64,000 nt of DNA, taken from Basidiobolus meristosporus CBS 931.73. Its lineage: Eukaryota; Fungi; Basidiobolomycota. The notes under the pieces were generated by a model. It worked only from the letters and a program-made list of their open reading frames with translations. It searched no databases and was not told the DNA's origin. The stretch lies in NCBI GenBank assembly GCA_002104905.1, contig MCFE01000287.1, positions 39,015-103,014 on the forward strand, read 5' to 3'. Positions within the stretch are counted from its first letter, which is position 1; each line of letters opens with the position of its first letter. Shown here piece by piece: positions 1 through 14,007 of the stretch. The position numbers were made by a program, and so were the translations under genes.

Positions 1-108
1 TGCTGATTTGGGGCTTGGATTAGGACGTATGGTCCTGGCAACAGAGCCACCAAGGTTCTTCAGAGCTTGAAAAGAGGAGTTTACTACTCGGCTGACATTT
101 TTCGACAT
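1..108 (-). CDS. 5' end of a probable gene running off the window (MSKNVSRVVNSSFQALKNLGGSVARTIRPNPSPKSA...)
   Basis: ATG at 108 (minus) with an open frame to the window edge; basic/Ser-rich N-terminus; divergent from SGT1. Too short to identify. Confidence 0.35.
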   Translation of the reverse strand, partial: MSKNVSRVVNSSFQALKNLGGSVARTIRPNPSPKSA

Positions 109-446
109 GACTTGATATTCCGTCCGAATAATCTCACCGACTGGAGTAGGTTTTCGTTAAGTGAATGCAACGACACAGAGTTCAGTATGAGCGGGGTATA
201 AATAACAGGCATTCATGGCACATAGTAATGAATTTTCCTATTCTCTTATGGATGAACCCATTTGTTATCCATCCCCATTAATTTCATGTTCAGTGATTCC
301 AACTCCGTAGATTTTTAAGGCTACAATGTATTCTTGAATATTACGTTACAATCAATGGAAATGTGTAGAAATACTTGGACACTCAAGTTTCTTGTGTATT
401 CCACTTGAAGTTGGTTTGTTAGGAGTCTGTTACTTGCAACAAGAAA

Positions 447-1828
447 ATGTCTGTCGCAGCCGAATTATACAAACAGGCGGTTGACTCGTATTTCGAGGAC
501 GATTATGGCTCAGCTTTTGAAAAATTGTCGGAGGCTCTCTCAGAAGAACCAGAGAATCCCGAGTACTATTTGAAGCGTAGTATTGTGGGGAGTAAACTCA
601 AGAAATTTGAGAACAGCCTGGAGGACTCGATCAAAGCCATCGCACTTTTAGAAGAAAAGAAGGTGGAGAATAAGACACTTTCCAGAGCATACTTACGAAA
701 GGGACTTACTTTCTACAACCTGGAACGTTTCGTGCGTGCCAAAGAGACTTTTGAGAAAGTACGGAGTTTAAATCCAGAAGAAAAGGATTTGGATCTCTGG
801 TGGAAAAAATGTGTAGACAAATGCCCCAAAGGTATTCATTTTGAATAAGGAGCGTAATAATGCGCAGTTCTAATACCGTAGAACCATTGGTTAGAGGCTG
901 AATCTTTAAAGAAAGTGGAGCCTAGCAGTAGCCAGCCGGCTCCACCCGTTGACAAGCTTCAGCCCCCCGGCTCCTCTAAAATCAAGTAAGTGGACTAGGC
1001 AAATAGCAGCAAGTTAACCTTGTTCTGACGAAGAGCGACGTAGAACTGAGTGGTATCAAAACCATGATTTTATTACAATCACGTTGTTTATTAAGAATGC
1101 CAAGCAGAATGATGTGACAGTAGAATTTGAACAGCGAGGAGTGAGTGTTTGATTACCAATACACACACACACACACACACCTCTGTTTGCTAATCGTAAA
1201 TCCACTAGGTTTCCATCTCGGTCAAGACTTCAGCAGGCTCGGATGTGAACTACGATTGGGAGCCATTGAGCCATCCTATCATTCCTGAAGAGTCCAAGTA
1301 TTTAGTGTTGTCCACCAAAATAGAGCTAAGGCTGAAAAAAGCCCACTCCGGTGTTCAATGGGGAGTCCTTGAAGGCACCGACACACTTGCAGGACATTTC
1401 AGCAATCAAGGTACCATCATCCTTCTGGTTGTTTGTTGTCAGATACTATTTAACCGTAATCATGCAACTTAGCCTCCAAACCCAACTATCCCTCATCAGC
1501 CAGAAACGCTAGGAATTGGGACAAACTTGAGAAAGAACTGCAAAATGACGACGATAAGCTAGAGGGTGATCAGGCATTGAACTCAATGTTTCAAAAACTC
1601 TATAAAGATGCTGGCGAGGATGTTCGTAAAGCCATGGTAAAGAGCTTCGTGGAGAGTGGAGGAACTTGTCTTTCCACAAACTGGGAGGAGGTATCCAAGA
1701 ACAAGGTAGAGGTGCGACCCCCTGAAGGAATGGAGCCAAAGAAGGTACCAATGCTTTCATTACCATTGATCTCATAGAATCATACTAACCAGAGATTTCC
1801 CATACTGGCGCTATACTTCCAGTACTAA
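447..1828 (+). CDS. SGT1: SGT1 co-chaperone (TPR-CS-SGS domains), multi-exon
   Basis: Exons about 447-831, 895-986, 1044-1140, 1209-1410, 1473-1744 and probably 1823-1828. TPR N-terminus; CS motif TEWYQN..VSISVK..LSHPIIPEESKY.VLSTKIELRLKK; SGS motif YPSS..NWDK..GDQALNSMFQKLYKDAGEDVRKAMVKSFVESGGTCLSTNWEEV. Last exon (KKY*) is uncertain. Confidence 0.93.
1161..1180. repeat. (AC)10 microsatellite in SGT1 intron 3
   Basis: Perfect acacacacacacacacacac seen directly. Confidence 0.95.
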
Positions 1829-1942
1829 ATTTGAATCTCCGTTATATCTTTATAATTTATGCACAATCTTCTCTCATTGTTTATCAGATAACTGTTAATA
1901 AAAGTCCCTCGAGTCTGGGTGTACATCTTCAATGCGGTTAAC

Positions 1943-3575
<1,633 letters not shown>

Positions 3576-4061
3576 TCAGAATTTGTCAATTGTGGAAATC
3601 AGATTCGTAATGATCAGAGCTGCATGGCGTTGGCTAACCAGTCAACCAATTCCCAATGCCGAGTGCAGGGCGTAATGGATGTCGTAGGTCAACCAGCAGC
3701 CAGCAGCCAGCGGCTTCAACGCTTGATTTTAGTAAGATTAGTTTTTATATCGAGTAAAAGAGTAGAAAACATTGGATTAGACATCACACATGGAAAATTT
3801 TGGATCCTTGAGTGAAATTTAAGGAAACTTCATGCACCAACCGTGAGGGTTATAAAGAAACTATGATGATTAAACGAAAAATAGGAATGCGATGTTTTGG
3901 TCAAATTACAGGATTGAAAGTGTAGCAGTGAATTCGGAAATGGATGGTACACCAGTACATCTGTAACAGTAGTAACATAGAGCTATTTGAAGGTGAGCAA
4001 AGAGATATGCAATTTAACATTATCATTCATTAAAGCGATCATGGATCGGCAAGGAGTTCTA

Positions 4062-6213
4062 TTAGAACCCAGTCTCCTTCTTGATCATTTCAAACACCTT
4101 CAGCATTTTTCGTCGAGCCCCAAGGGCGGCTACACCCTTTTCGGTTAACTCTTCGTCAGTGAGCTGGATAATATCCTTCCAAACCATTCCTTCAAAGTTT
4201 GGCGTATATTTGTGAAGACGAAGACTACGAAGCCAGGCAGGAATATCTAAATAATGGATAAGTACCCGCGCCAATGGGAAATCTCCATGCGTAACATACC
4301 TTTCAAGAGCTCGAAGTCTACAACTTCCCCGCCTGACTTCTTGTTGACATTGCTACGCGCTTGCCCATTCCTATTATCTCCCTTGTGAGTGCCATTTCTT
4401 TGCTCTCGCTTATCATTGCTATGGTAACTCTCATCTAGGCCTGCACTACCTCCACCTTGCATCATAGCAATGTACTGTTTGGCAGCCTTAGGATTCTGGT
4501 TCATGAGTTTCTTCATAGAATCCTGCGCCCAATGAGGCATAAAGCCAGGAGGTATAGGTGAGTTAACGGTGGAGGGTGGCCTCGAGTGATGTTGGGATGG
4601 ATATAGCGGCGACTGTAATGGCGATTGAAGAGGATTTCCATCCAGATAGCTGGAGCTACGAAGGGAATCCTCGCCATAGAATGAGTTTCGATTTCTGGCC
4701 GAGCCGGGTGCCAAACTGTTCGCAGAACGAGGGAAGTTATCGCGAACTGGATAATCATCGTGTACGGCAATAGTGAGTCCAGCAGGATTAGCGTTTCGAC
4801 GAGTACTGTTACCACCAGGGCTCTTGAGTTCACCCTCAAACATATTTCGCGAAGAATTCGCCTCGTTGATTCTTAATTGGCTCAGGTGAATACCATTAAC
4901 TTCAGCATCATCTGCTCGAGAACTAGGAGTTTCAAAGCCACCCCGTGTCATCTCTTCAGCAAAGCTAGCCAATGTTGGAGACAAAGGCATCCCCCAATGA
5001 TTGACCAATGTCGAATAATCGCCAACCATAGAACCAGGTCGGTTGCTTTTCGCTCTCCAATTTCCATTGATCGCGTCAACACCACAAAAAGAGCGAGGTC
5101 TCTGGCCGCGCTGGCCTACAGGATGCCCAGTGCCCGAAGCCTCATGCTTTTGTGAAGCAAAGTGAACTTTAGAAGCAAAAACAGAAGCGGGATCCGCTTC
5201 GTGCTGCGAGCTAGGACGGCTCTTGTACCCGTATCCTGATTGCGGTTGTGAAAGATAGGCGCTGGAGCGATTACTAGCCATTCCGTTATCTTGACGACCT
5301 TCCAGAATACGCTGGGTGGCGATTCGAGCATTGACTTCCTCATTGCCCAGATTGCTGAGAAAGGCAGTTACTTCTTCGGGTATACCAGCGGGCAGTGAAT
5401 AGCGATCGTAAAGGCGTCTCGAACGGGCATTCCCGCTGTTGTTGGGTGTAGCCGCACCGATTGTAATTCCGGGAATCGTTGGCGGCCTGTCGCTTTGGTT
5501 ATTGCTATCACCGACCGGCGGTGTTTGCTTCAATGTATCTTCCACTATTTAGGATCACAAGATAAATCGAGGAATTAAAATACCATAATGGCAAAGACTG
5601 TTACTATATATATCGGGGTACCTGTGGCTATTTGCTGCTTAGATAAGATCGCATTAAGAGGGTCATTCTTGGCCATTTGTAATAGAACAGTGATGCAAAA
5701 TCGCACTTGAACTGGGCTAGCTTGTTGAAGTAAACTGAAAAGTGCTGCAGTTCTCTCGGAGCTAGAGAGTGCCTTGAACCATTGCTGCACAGCATCAAGT
5801 TCATCCTTAAAGTTTTGCTCGAGGCTTGTACTGGTCATCTCCTCCAGGGTTTTTTCATATTGCGAAAGGTTCTTAACCCAAGGATCTAAACAGCAAACAT
5901 AAAGGGTTGTATTTGAGTATCATCTGTGCAAGGAGTGGAAATATTTTCGAACAGTACCTTCACCTGGTTGCGGGATACCAGAGGTGATAATCGCGGAGAC
6001 GGGTCTACCACCGTGAGACTTTCCATTGGTGCCTGAGGCTCTTAAATTTGGATTCTCAAGCTGTCTAGCGCCATCGGCAACACTTGAATTACTTTCTTTG
6101 TCTGAAATAGCTTTATCCGAGGCAGCAGGTCCAGCGTTGTCGGGGCTCTGGTTTGCGGCGACCTGGGAGAGAGAAATATTCTCGGAGAGGGGACGTTGCT
6201 GTTGGGTGGTCAT
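4062..6213 (-). CDS. VTS1: Vts1/Smaug-family SAM-domain RNA-binding protein, multi-exon
   Basis: N-terminal [35 protein letters not shown] block and C-terminal [30 protein letters not shown], joined by GT-AG introns. Confidence 0.9.
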
Positions 6214-7129
6214 CTGTCTATTTCTAGATGTGGTTCCTGCAGCCTTTATCTTGTTTAGGTATGAAAATAAAGATAACTAGGGATGAAAGGAATTCGTAGG
6301 ATTAACGCAGCGACCTGGTACCGCTCACTGTTCAAAGATATTGTAAGAGAAAGTCAGTTAGTAAGATTCCTTTCAATCCCATTCCGCCAGATGCACGCCA
6401 CCATCCACACTAGCCCTCAAGAAATTCCAACCAACTATACTGGAGGCTGTTGATGTTCAAGTATATTAAAATGATACATACGTAGATATTCTGCTTGGTA
6501 GCTTGAGAAACGAGATATAAGGAATACAAGGAGGCAAGATATAAAACTCCAAATAATGGTTCAGAGCTATTGCGGAGAAGAAATAGCTTAGAAAATCCAG
6601 TTCCTGACGAAAGTGGCAAGTGGTGGAGTGAGGGAGGAGGGGTAGAGATGGGGTTGATGTCAATGATTTTACGGAAAATCGAACTTTGAAATGAACCATT
6701 CATATTTATCAGCAGGGTGGACCCGAAGGATGAACCCGAAATCTTCGATTTTCCTTGACCCACAACATTGCTGGAGATACGTAGCATATACACATTCGTC
6801 TTAGTGGAATATTTGGCGAATAGGGCTCGAGTGGTTGATATTGTATGACCTGTTGCTTTGAATAAGCCAATCTGAGAATGCGAAGTTTATTCCTTGCACA
6901 TAAAAAGTGCTATCCCGGTGTAACCCTAGGCAACCCTCCTGTGCTCCCCCGGTTGATGAGTGAATCTGGTTTGCTTTTGGCAGTTATATAATCAACAAAG
7001 ACCTGGACATTCGCTTACTTGCTTGGGATCTGTTTATTTACTTTTCTTCCACGATACCTCACTCACAGCTCCACTTTTAGAATATCGGAAATGAACCAGG
7101 TATCAAGAAAGTGGCGTTAGTTAGCTGGA

Positions 7130-8716
7130 TTATTCTGCTCCTGTTTCGAGGGCAATAGTGTCAGACGTGTCGACCGATGTGTGGCTTTGATGAATGTTTA
7201 AATCCTCCATAGACTTCGAAGCCTGCTGCTCTTGGATTGGTTTGGCCACTCTTGGTTGCTCCTCATATCCGGCCGAAAATCTCTTGAACAGTGGCTTTAA
7301 TTTGTCAATCTTGGTAGACAACGAGAAACTGCTCTTTGCTGGGTTGTTTGGAAATTCCGGGGCTGGGTCTGGGTTAACTCTATCGATAGCCGTACTCAAT
7401 CTTCGCGCATAATTTTGCAACGTATTATGCTCTATCATAACGGCAGGCAAGGTGTCGAAACAGGATAAGATCCCTAATCTTGCATGGACCATCTGAAGTC
7501 TAAGATTGATGGAGTCGTTCCAAAGTTCGTTTATTTTGTGCTCCGCAAAGTGGCCCATATGGATATTGCGCAGATACGTATAGAACTCACCAACTGCGTA
7601 TAGCCTATCCCGGCAATGCTTCTCGATCGGAATCCATTCAGCCTGGTTGTCGATACGAAACCTGTATTTGCACTCTGTCTCTCTTCCACAAGTGTGACAA
7701 CCGTTAGCCGGAGCAGCGACTCCACCGCTCAAACGGTCCCAGATGTGGGAATGCTTTGTGGACGGGCTTTTCACTGACTGCAATCCCATGGATACCTCGA
7801 TCAACTCAGTGGGCGTACTTGGGTGGATTTCTTCGACCGTCAAGGTGTTCATGAGTATAGCGTCCGCTAGTTTGCGTGGAGTATAGCTTGCGTAGTCTCC
7901 CAGTTTTAAGCAGGGCTCTATGTCCTCTTCTAGGCAACGTTTCATATATGGTATTCCATTAATTCGACTCATCGAACAATCACTACTCCGCGCTAGAAAA
8001 GCTTCAAACTCATTCAGAAGTTTAGAATATATGCTTATTTCATCCACATCATCGCCTACGGGACTGGTCTTTTTGTCTGCATCTAAATCTGGCCCGGTCT
8101 GCTCACTGCCACATTTGGCACACACTACTACCTTAGAGTTCGGCTGAGTATTCGTACTTATTTGGAGTTTCTCTTTTAGCTCCTGGAGTTGGGATACTTC
8201 GTTAACTAATCGCTCTCTAGTCTCCGCTAGTTGCCGTTCCAAGGCTTTGTTCGCCAGTTCGAGTTCAAACCTTTGCTTAGCTTCGGAGGCGACCATACCG
8301 TTTGCTTGTTCAAATAGCGAGCTACTTAGCTCTACATATTCACCTTCCACTAGCTGCTTTGCCAAGCTTAATTCCGAGACTTTCTCGATTTCATCGATAT
8401 ACTTCCCGTTGAGGACTTTTAGGTCAGTTTCCAGTGAGGCGACCTGACTCTCTCGGGAAAGCAAGAGTGTTTCGAGTTCTTGCACACGCCTTTGCGTTTT
8501 CGTGTGTTCGGCATAGAGCCTCTGCCTTTCGTCGCGTTCTTTGAGTAGTTTTATCTGGATGGTCTCCAGTTCCTCAGTTAGCCGAACTTTATCTATTCTT
8601 AGAGTGGTCAAGTCATTTGGGTCAGAGCTACAAAGTGAGGAGGCTTCATATATGGCGTAGGTGTCAGGTTTTGCACCCTCTGTTGGGGTTGAGCTGGTGA
8701 AGTTATGGGTGGGCAT
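7130..8716 (-). CDS. SEC2: Sec2-family Rab GEF, single coding exon
   Basis: Coiled coil with LSSSLFEQANGMVASE (Sec2p signature), then PYMKRCLEEDIEPCL and Cys-rich C..CG..CRDRLYAVGEFYTYLRNI region. Confidence 0.87.
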   Translation of the reverse strand: MPTHNFTSSTPTEGAKPDTYAIYEASSLCSSDPNDLTTLRIDKVRLTEELETIQIKLLKERDERQRLYAEHTKTQRRVQELETLLLSRESQVASLETDLKVLNGKYIDEIEKVSELSLAKQLVEGEYVELSSSLFEQANGMVASEAKQRFELELANKALERQLAETRERLVNEVSQLQELKEKLQISTNTQPNSKVVVCAKCGSEQTGPDLDADKKTSPVGDDVDEISIYSKLLNEFEAFLARSSDCSMSRINGIPYMKRCLEEDIEPCLKLGDYASYTPRKLADAILMNTLTVEEIHPSTPTELIEVSMGLQSVKSPSTKHSHIWDRLSGGVAAPANGCHTCGRETECKYRFRIDNQAEWIPIEKHCRDRLYAVGEFYTYLRNIHMGHFAEHKINELWNDSINLRLQMVHARLGILSCFDTLPAVMIEHNTLQNYARRLSTAIDRVNPDPAPEFPNNPAKSSFSLSTKIDKLKPLFKRFSAGYEEQPRVAKPIQEQQASKSMEDLNIHQSHTSVDTSDTIALETGAE

Positions 8717-9497
8717 ACTCAACTAGGTAGAAGCTTAGAACCTCTTGAGTACAGAGTGTATGGCCTAGACTGTAGGACAAGAAGAAATACCACCGGGAAG
8801 TCGAGGTATATAGACTTGCAGAAAAGGGGAATCAGTTGGCAGGTGAAGAGGTAAGATATATCCGAAGAGTAGACAACTCCGTTTCACTCGAACGCTGTGA
8901 AGTATAGGAAATATATGGCTAGAAACAAGCACAACCAAGTTCGTAAGTATTGTTGTTTCGAGTGACCGATCTCACAGTCCAACCAAGTTGGACAAGCCAT
9001 GGCTAATTTAATCCAGGTTGGTCAGCACGTAACTCACACCATGCTAAATATACGAAATTGACCAACAAGTAGCCCAAACCCTAGTCAGATTGTGTAGGTG
9101 GCTATTTTTCGAAATGGTTAACAATATTGATTGTGGGTAGTCTAAAACGTATTGATTCAAACATTCAGCAATCCTCTTAGCGGTAGGTGATTGATAGAGA
9201 TTTGTATGTTTATTTTGCGGAAAATACAACACTGTTACATTCATAAATAGTGGTAGGAAAACCCAGTATTCCTTAGAGTAGCAGCAAACGAGTACATAAT
9301 GACTTACTACATATTGGTTTATATACCTTGCGTGATGTTGATAGAGTTTCTTACATGTAAAAGTATCGAAAACTGTTGGCTAGAGGGCGATTAAACACAG
9401 CAAAACTATACGACTCAAAAATAGAGGTGGGATAACAGCATACTACGTATGGAGATTAGAGATAGTGGGTCCGAACGGATACAAAAACTACGCCCCT

Positions 9498-10172
9498 CTA
9501 TTCAGAGTTCAGGAAGCCTCTTCTATTACTTTGTTCGGTATCAGCAGTCGGGTTGGAGGGCATACGGTTGTGTTTTTCCCATTTTTCTTCGTGGATTTGG
9601 TGTGCCTGGTGGATTTCGCTTAATGGCGCAAACATAGGCGACATCAAGGATGCCTCACTTCCACTATCCGAATCAGAGTCAGAATCATAGAGTTGGAAGT
9701 CCTCCCAAGATCCATCTGGGTTATCTCTGTTGTACGAAAAATATTCGTACTCAGATTGCTCACTAGAGGGGTAGTGACTGGATATATGAGTACTGGCAGA
9801 ATTAATCTGGTAAAGGCGTTGAGCAGAGATTCCGAGGGGGTTGTGACCAAGTGCGGCCAAACCGGCAGATTCTGCCACATTGTGAAGATAGCTTGATTTG
9901 TTTACAGCATTATATGGTTCAGCGTATAACCGTTGCTTACAAACAATCCCGTTAGGAAACAAGTTACGCCATAGGCGGGATAACATGGGAGCAATTGCGC
10001 ACTGTGGAACTGCGCCGTTTTTGGCTTGCGATGCCTCCCTACATCTGTTAAAGGATTTCACAAGATGAGGGAAAATGGGGGCGGATGAAATACAGGGGAA
10101 TTGAGGTGCCGTTGAATTGGTGGATTTTTTCGTTCCACCGAAAGTACTGTTGTTGCATTTTTGGAAAAGCAT
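9498..10172 (-). CDS. Hypothetical orphan protein, about 224 aa, acidic low-complexity C-terminus
   Basis: Uninterrupted ORF filling an otherwise empty interval; no recognisable domain. Confidence 0.4.
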   Translation of the reverse strand: MLFQKCNNSTFGGTKKSTNSTAPQFPCISSAPIFPHLVKSFNRCREASQAKNGAVPQCAIAPMLSRLWRNLFPNGIVCKQRLYAEPYNAVNKSSYLHNVAESAGLAALGHNPLGISAQRLYQINSASTHISSHYPSSEQSEYEYFSYNRDNPDGSWEDFQLYDSDSDSDSGSEASLMSPMFAPLSEIHQAHQIHEEKWEKHNRMPSNPTADTEQSNRRGFLNSE

Positions 10173-10890
10173 GGTTTCAAATGTCCGGAAATTGAAGGGA
10201 GATAGGCCGCAGGTGTTCACTGTTTAGGAACGCGATTGGCAAGGTGCAGAATGGCAACAAAAGTAAGTATATGAGGAATCGACTCAGATGAAAACACTTG
10301 AACAAGAAAGGGCCTCAAGAAAAGGACATCTACAGAATACAATGACGAGAGTACCAGGAGAGAATCCCACAAAAGACGGGACAGAATTTGAAAGAAATGA
10401 TTAGATGTGGAATGTTAAAGGTTGTGGTAGTATCAAAGTGAAAAATGGTTTAGAACGTAAGAGAAAAGTGAGAAAATAGAATATTTTGGCAAATTATAGC
10501 AGGCCATAGATTCTTGAATGGTCTGTATTGTTCATGCACATATAATAGGTTAATCTATCTTCGATGAATCGCCTAATCTTGCTAGGCTCAAATGGCCATT
10601 ATCTCGATATTAGTCTTCTAGAAATACGATTGTTTTTACAGTGAAAATACCAGAAACATCTCAAACTTTAGAGTCACATGCTACGGAATAGCCGTTCATT
10701 TGTCACAGATTACCAAATATCAGATTGATCTGCCAATGCCAAGAAGACAGTTTCAAATCAACTAATTTATTTACAATAAATTTTGAAAGCGTGTCTCAAA
10801 CAAGTGACTTGAACATGCCAGTTGATTGAGAATTAATGTTCTCGATTTGTTTCGAGCGAGTAAATGAGAGCTCGACATACGAGTGGTAGT

Positions 10891-12086
10891 TCAAGAATGT
10901 AACTCCGCACCAGCGTTCGCTAGCATGTCAGCCATCTCATTGCCAGGGACTCCGCTGTGTCCTTTCACATGTGTCTAATACCAAGAAGAAGGGTTCAGCA
11001 AGGTGGTGAGCATCAAATGTAACATGAAGGCACTCACAAAGCGGACTTTCCCTGGCCTTCGGGTGATTAACTGGTCAAGCTTTTGAATCAAGTCTTTATT
11101 TTCAACATCCTTGCCTGCGGACGTTTTCCACTGGCGGGCTTTCCAATTATGTATCCACACCGTTATGGCTAATGAAAATACTGTTAGCCTTTGAAGATGC
11201 CAATCAAAGTACGCAGAGATACCATTGATTAGGTATTGACTATCGGTTTTAATATTCAGCTTTAGTTCGTCATCTCCAGCATTTTCGATTGCTCGGATGG
11301 CGGCCTAGAGACAAGGGAATCAATTTGATATACAATCGATGAAAACTGCACAGCATACCACATACCATAATTTCAGCTCGTTGGTTTGTTTGTTTTCCGA
11401 GCAACGGCTCGCTTACATTTCTATTAATGCAAAATGTCTAATTATCTGGAGTCGAGCCGCTGCACCATGCAATTACAACTACCTTGGATCATCTTGACCA
11501 AAGTAGACACCAACTCCCGCTCGACAGCCAGCCTTGCCATTTCCACGGCTGCTACCATCGGTGAATATTGCAAAATACTCCCCTAGTATCCAGAAGCAGT
11601 GTTAGTTTTTGCAAAGAGTAAATCTATTGTGGAAACATACCATCAGAAACATCTGGTTCTGGATCGAGTTGTAAATGATAAGTAGATGAAATGTAGAGCA
11701 AGTCGGATGTTTTCTCGTACCACACTCAGTTTCTTTGGAAATTTTGGAGGGCTTGCCTTTTCTCCCAAATCTTACAAAATCCTCTGCCTCTACTTGAGAA
11801 TCGAATTTTTTGTATATAGGATATTTATATCCAAGGACCTGAGCTTCACATTCGGGCCTATATGTTAATGATTTGTGGGCGGTAAATACATAATTCGCAA
11901 AGTCCATTATATTATCTACAACCATGTACGATAGACTCCAGCTTTTTTTCCTCGATGGACTGCGTAAAATTTTTGAGGAGTCGCCTTTGAAGCCTTCGTT
12001 GTTGCCGGGTTAGAGGGCCAACCCCCTTCAGCCTTGCGCTTTTTGTTGGTCAGCATATTGGGTCGTGCCTGGGCTGGAGGTAACAT
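10891..12086 (-). CDS. RNH1: Ribonuclease H1 (hybrid-binding domain + RNase H), multi-exon
   Basis: Spliced reading gives KFYAVHRGKKAGVYRTWPECEAQVLGY..YKKF (HBD); FTDGSSRGNG, QTNQRAE, TDSQY, NWK..VENKDL and HVKGHSGVPGNEMADMLA catalytic motifs. ATGs at 12086 and 12056. Confidence 0.92.
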
Positions 12087-12396
12087 TGAACTGGATCTTC
12101 AGAACAAAAAAGATACAATTCCCAGCAACAAACGAAATAAAAAACAAAATCAATTGAATAGATTATGGGACTGTCTTTGTTCTGAGACATCGGTACTGGA
12201 TTTCGCCGATTTCACCGATAATTGTCAACGAGCAACCCATCATCTGATTTTGATAATTCACATCTGACAGTTGCTTGGTGCTGTGTTTGGTAATGTCTCA
12301 TTCTCTATATGCTGTTATATGCTGGCTTACTATTGTCTATATTTCAATTCCAGTGTTTGCTCTTCCATATCCAATTCGAGTTGATTAAATGCCCGG

Positions 12397-12417
12397 CCAA
12401 TCATCTGCCATATAAAA
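12397..12417 (+). promoter_or_regulatory. CCAAT box (CCAATCA) plus TATAAAA in the shared RNH1/C2H2 promoter
   Basis: GGCCAATCA at 12395-12403 followed by TATAAAA. The same CCAATCA/TGATTGG heptamer recurs upstream of other genes (17973, 18849, 33008, 38260) and in both Gypsy LTRs; matches the HAP/NF-Y consensus. Confidence 0.5.
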
Positions 12418-12600
12418 CGGCATTTGGACTACTAACCTCTTATTATTGGAATGTATTTGTTAATTTGACTCTTTGACAGTCGCAATTCTATAGCGTATAT
12501 TCCAGTTTCATTGCTTCTCATACGGCATACATAGTTCATTTTGAAAATCTCCATTTTGTTTTCTCGTAAGACTCGCAAACTAGATAACAAGGTCACCAGA

Positions 12601-13545
12601 ATGTACAGCAAACTCAACAACGCTAGGGTCAAGCGCAAGAACGAATTCGTTGGCCAAGGACAGCGTCCCTTCAATAACGATTTCACTTTGTACAGCCACC
12701 CCATTCTAGCTGGGCTATCAACAGATTCTATGAGTCCAGATCGAAAGAATTATTTGTCAGACACTGCCATCGCCTCCCAAACTATTAATAGCTTATATCC
12801 GATGGCACAGTTTCCCCAGTCTTATGAGCACCCTGATCTAAGACTGAACTTCCTGGAAACCCCAACTACCTATTCCCCCTTCGCCTCTTACTGCCCGCCA
12901 GAGTCGATGCCGACACTATACACCCCACAAATAAGCTCTTACGATGCTAATTCAGTGCAGTCCACACCATTCTTGACTCCCAAGGTAGAGTTTGACCGAA
13001 GTGGCTTTGAATCGAATGATACACAACCACACGCTCCCCAGCAACAAGCTTCCCTCGATTTTTCGCTCTACTGCAAGGATGGTTCGTTTCATGTTGATGA
13101 AGATAAGCAATCAGTCCTAATCGCCCCTTTAGAGGAAATTGCATCGTATAATCACGAAAACAACAAGAAAGAGTGCTTCGAGAACAGTACACTTGAGAAG
13201 AGAGTATCCTCAACCACGAACTTAACACCAGAAACTGCAACCTTCACCTCTGGAGTGGGCTCAAACAGTACCAAGGAAAAGAAGTACGGTTGCGATGTAT
13301 GCGGATTACATTTCGCACGTAAATTTAATCTAAATGTACACATCCGTGGGCATGACCCGAAACTAGCACGTCCCTTTGATTGCCCGGAATGTCCGAAGTC
13401 ATTCGGCAGAAAGCATGATTTGAGCCGCCATCTGGCTACCGTCCACAAGGGTGAAAGGCCACATCAGTGCCCGAGTTGTCAAAAGCATTTCTCAAGAAAA
13501 GATGGCCTACATCGCCATCTGATCAAAGGATGCACAAGCATTTAG
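12601..13545 (+). CDS. C2H2 zinc-finger transcription factor (3 C-terminal fingers)
   Basis: YGCDVCGLHFARKFNLNVHIRGH, FDCPECPKSFGRKHDLSRHLATVH, HQCPSCQKHFSRKDGLHRHL; S/T/P-rich N-terminus; intronless. Confidence 0.9.
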   Translation: MYSKLNNARVKRKNEFVGQGQRPFNNDFTLYSHPILAGLSTDSMSPDRKNYLSDTAIASQTINSLYPMAQFPQSYEHPDLRLNFLETPTTYSPFASYCPPESMPTLYTPQISSYDANSVQSTPFLTPKVEFDRSGFESNDTQPHAPQQQASLDFSLYCKDGSFHVDEDKQSVLIAPLEEIASYNHENNKKECFENSTLEKRVSSTTNLTPETATFTSGVGSNSTKEKKYGCDVCGLHFARKFNLNVHIRGHDPKLARPFDCPECPKSFGRKHDLSRHLATVHKGERPHQCPSCQKHFSRKDGLHRHLIKGCTSI

Positions 13546-14007
13546 AAGAGTCGTCTATCACAAAACCAGCATTACTTATGATTTAATACTGTATAGGTTA
13601 TGATTCCTCTACTCGTTGAGATGGCATTTTGTATAACCCTATACTTCATGTACCTATTCAAGTATTCTCTCTTCCCATGTAGCATTCTCCTAATTTTGTG
13701 TGCCTCCCCTCATGGATGTATTGGTATTTTAATCGGCTTTAGCCTTTAGCGTGTACGTATCTTTCTATAATCTTTGCATTGCATATCTGTATCTTACTAT
13801 AATCTCTGTTTTGCATGTCTGTATGTTGTATATCGAGTATATGTTGCTTTGTATTGTACACAAATTTATCTGGATTCTACGGGCTTGAATAAATGATCTA
13901 TATGACGATTTTGGCAGTGGTGCGCATGTAGAGGAATGAATACAAATTCAGGAATGCTGGGTATAGGTGGTGCTTGTATGATGTTCAGGTTTGATTCAAC
14001 TATGTTT

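Noticed and set aside
6410-6793. 127-aa ORF upstream of VTS1
   Set aside because: Low-complexity F/L/S/I composition typical of pyrimidine-rich UTR or intron sequence; no motif.
8977-8993. GTCCAAC-CAA-GTTGGAC hairpin
   Set aside because: A 7-bp stem is expected by chance in 64 kb.
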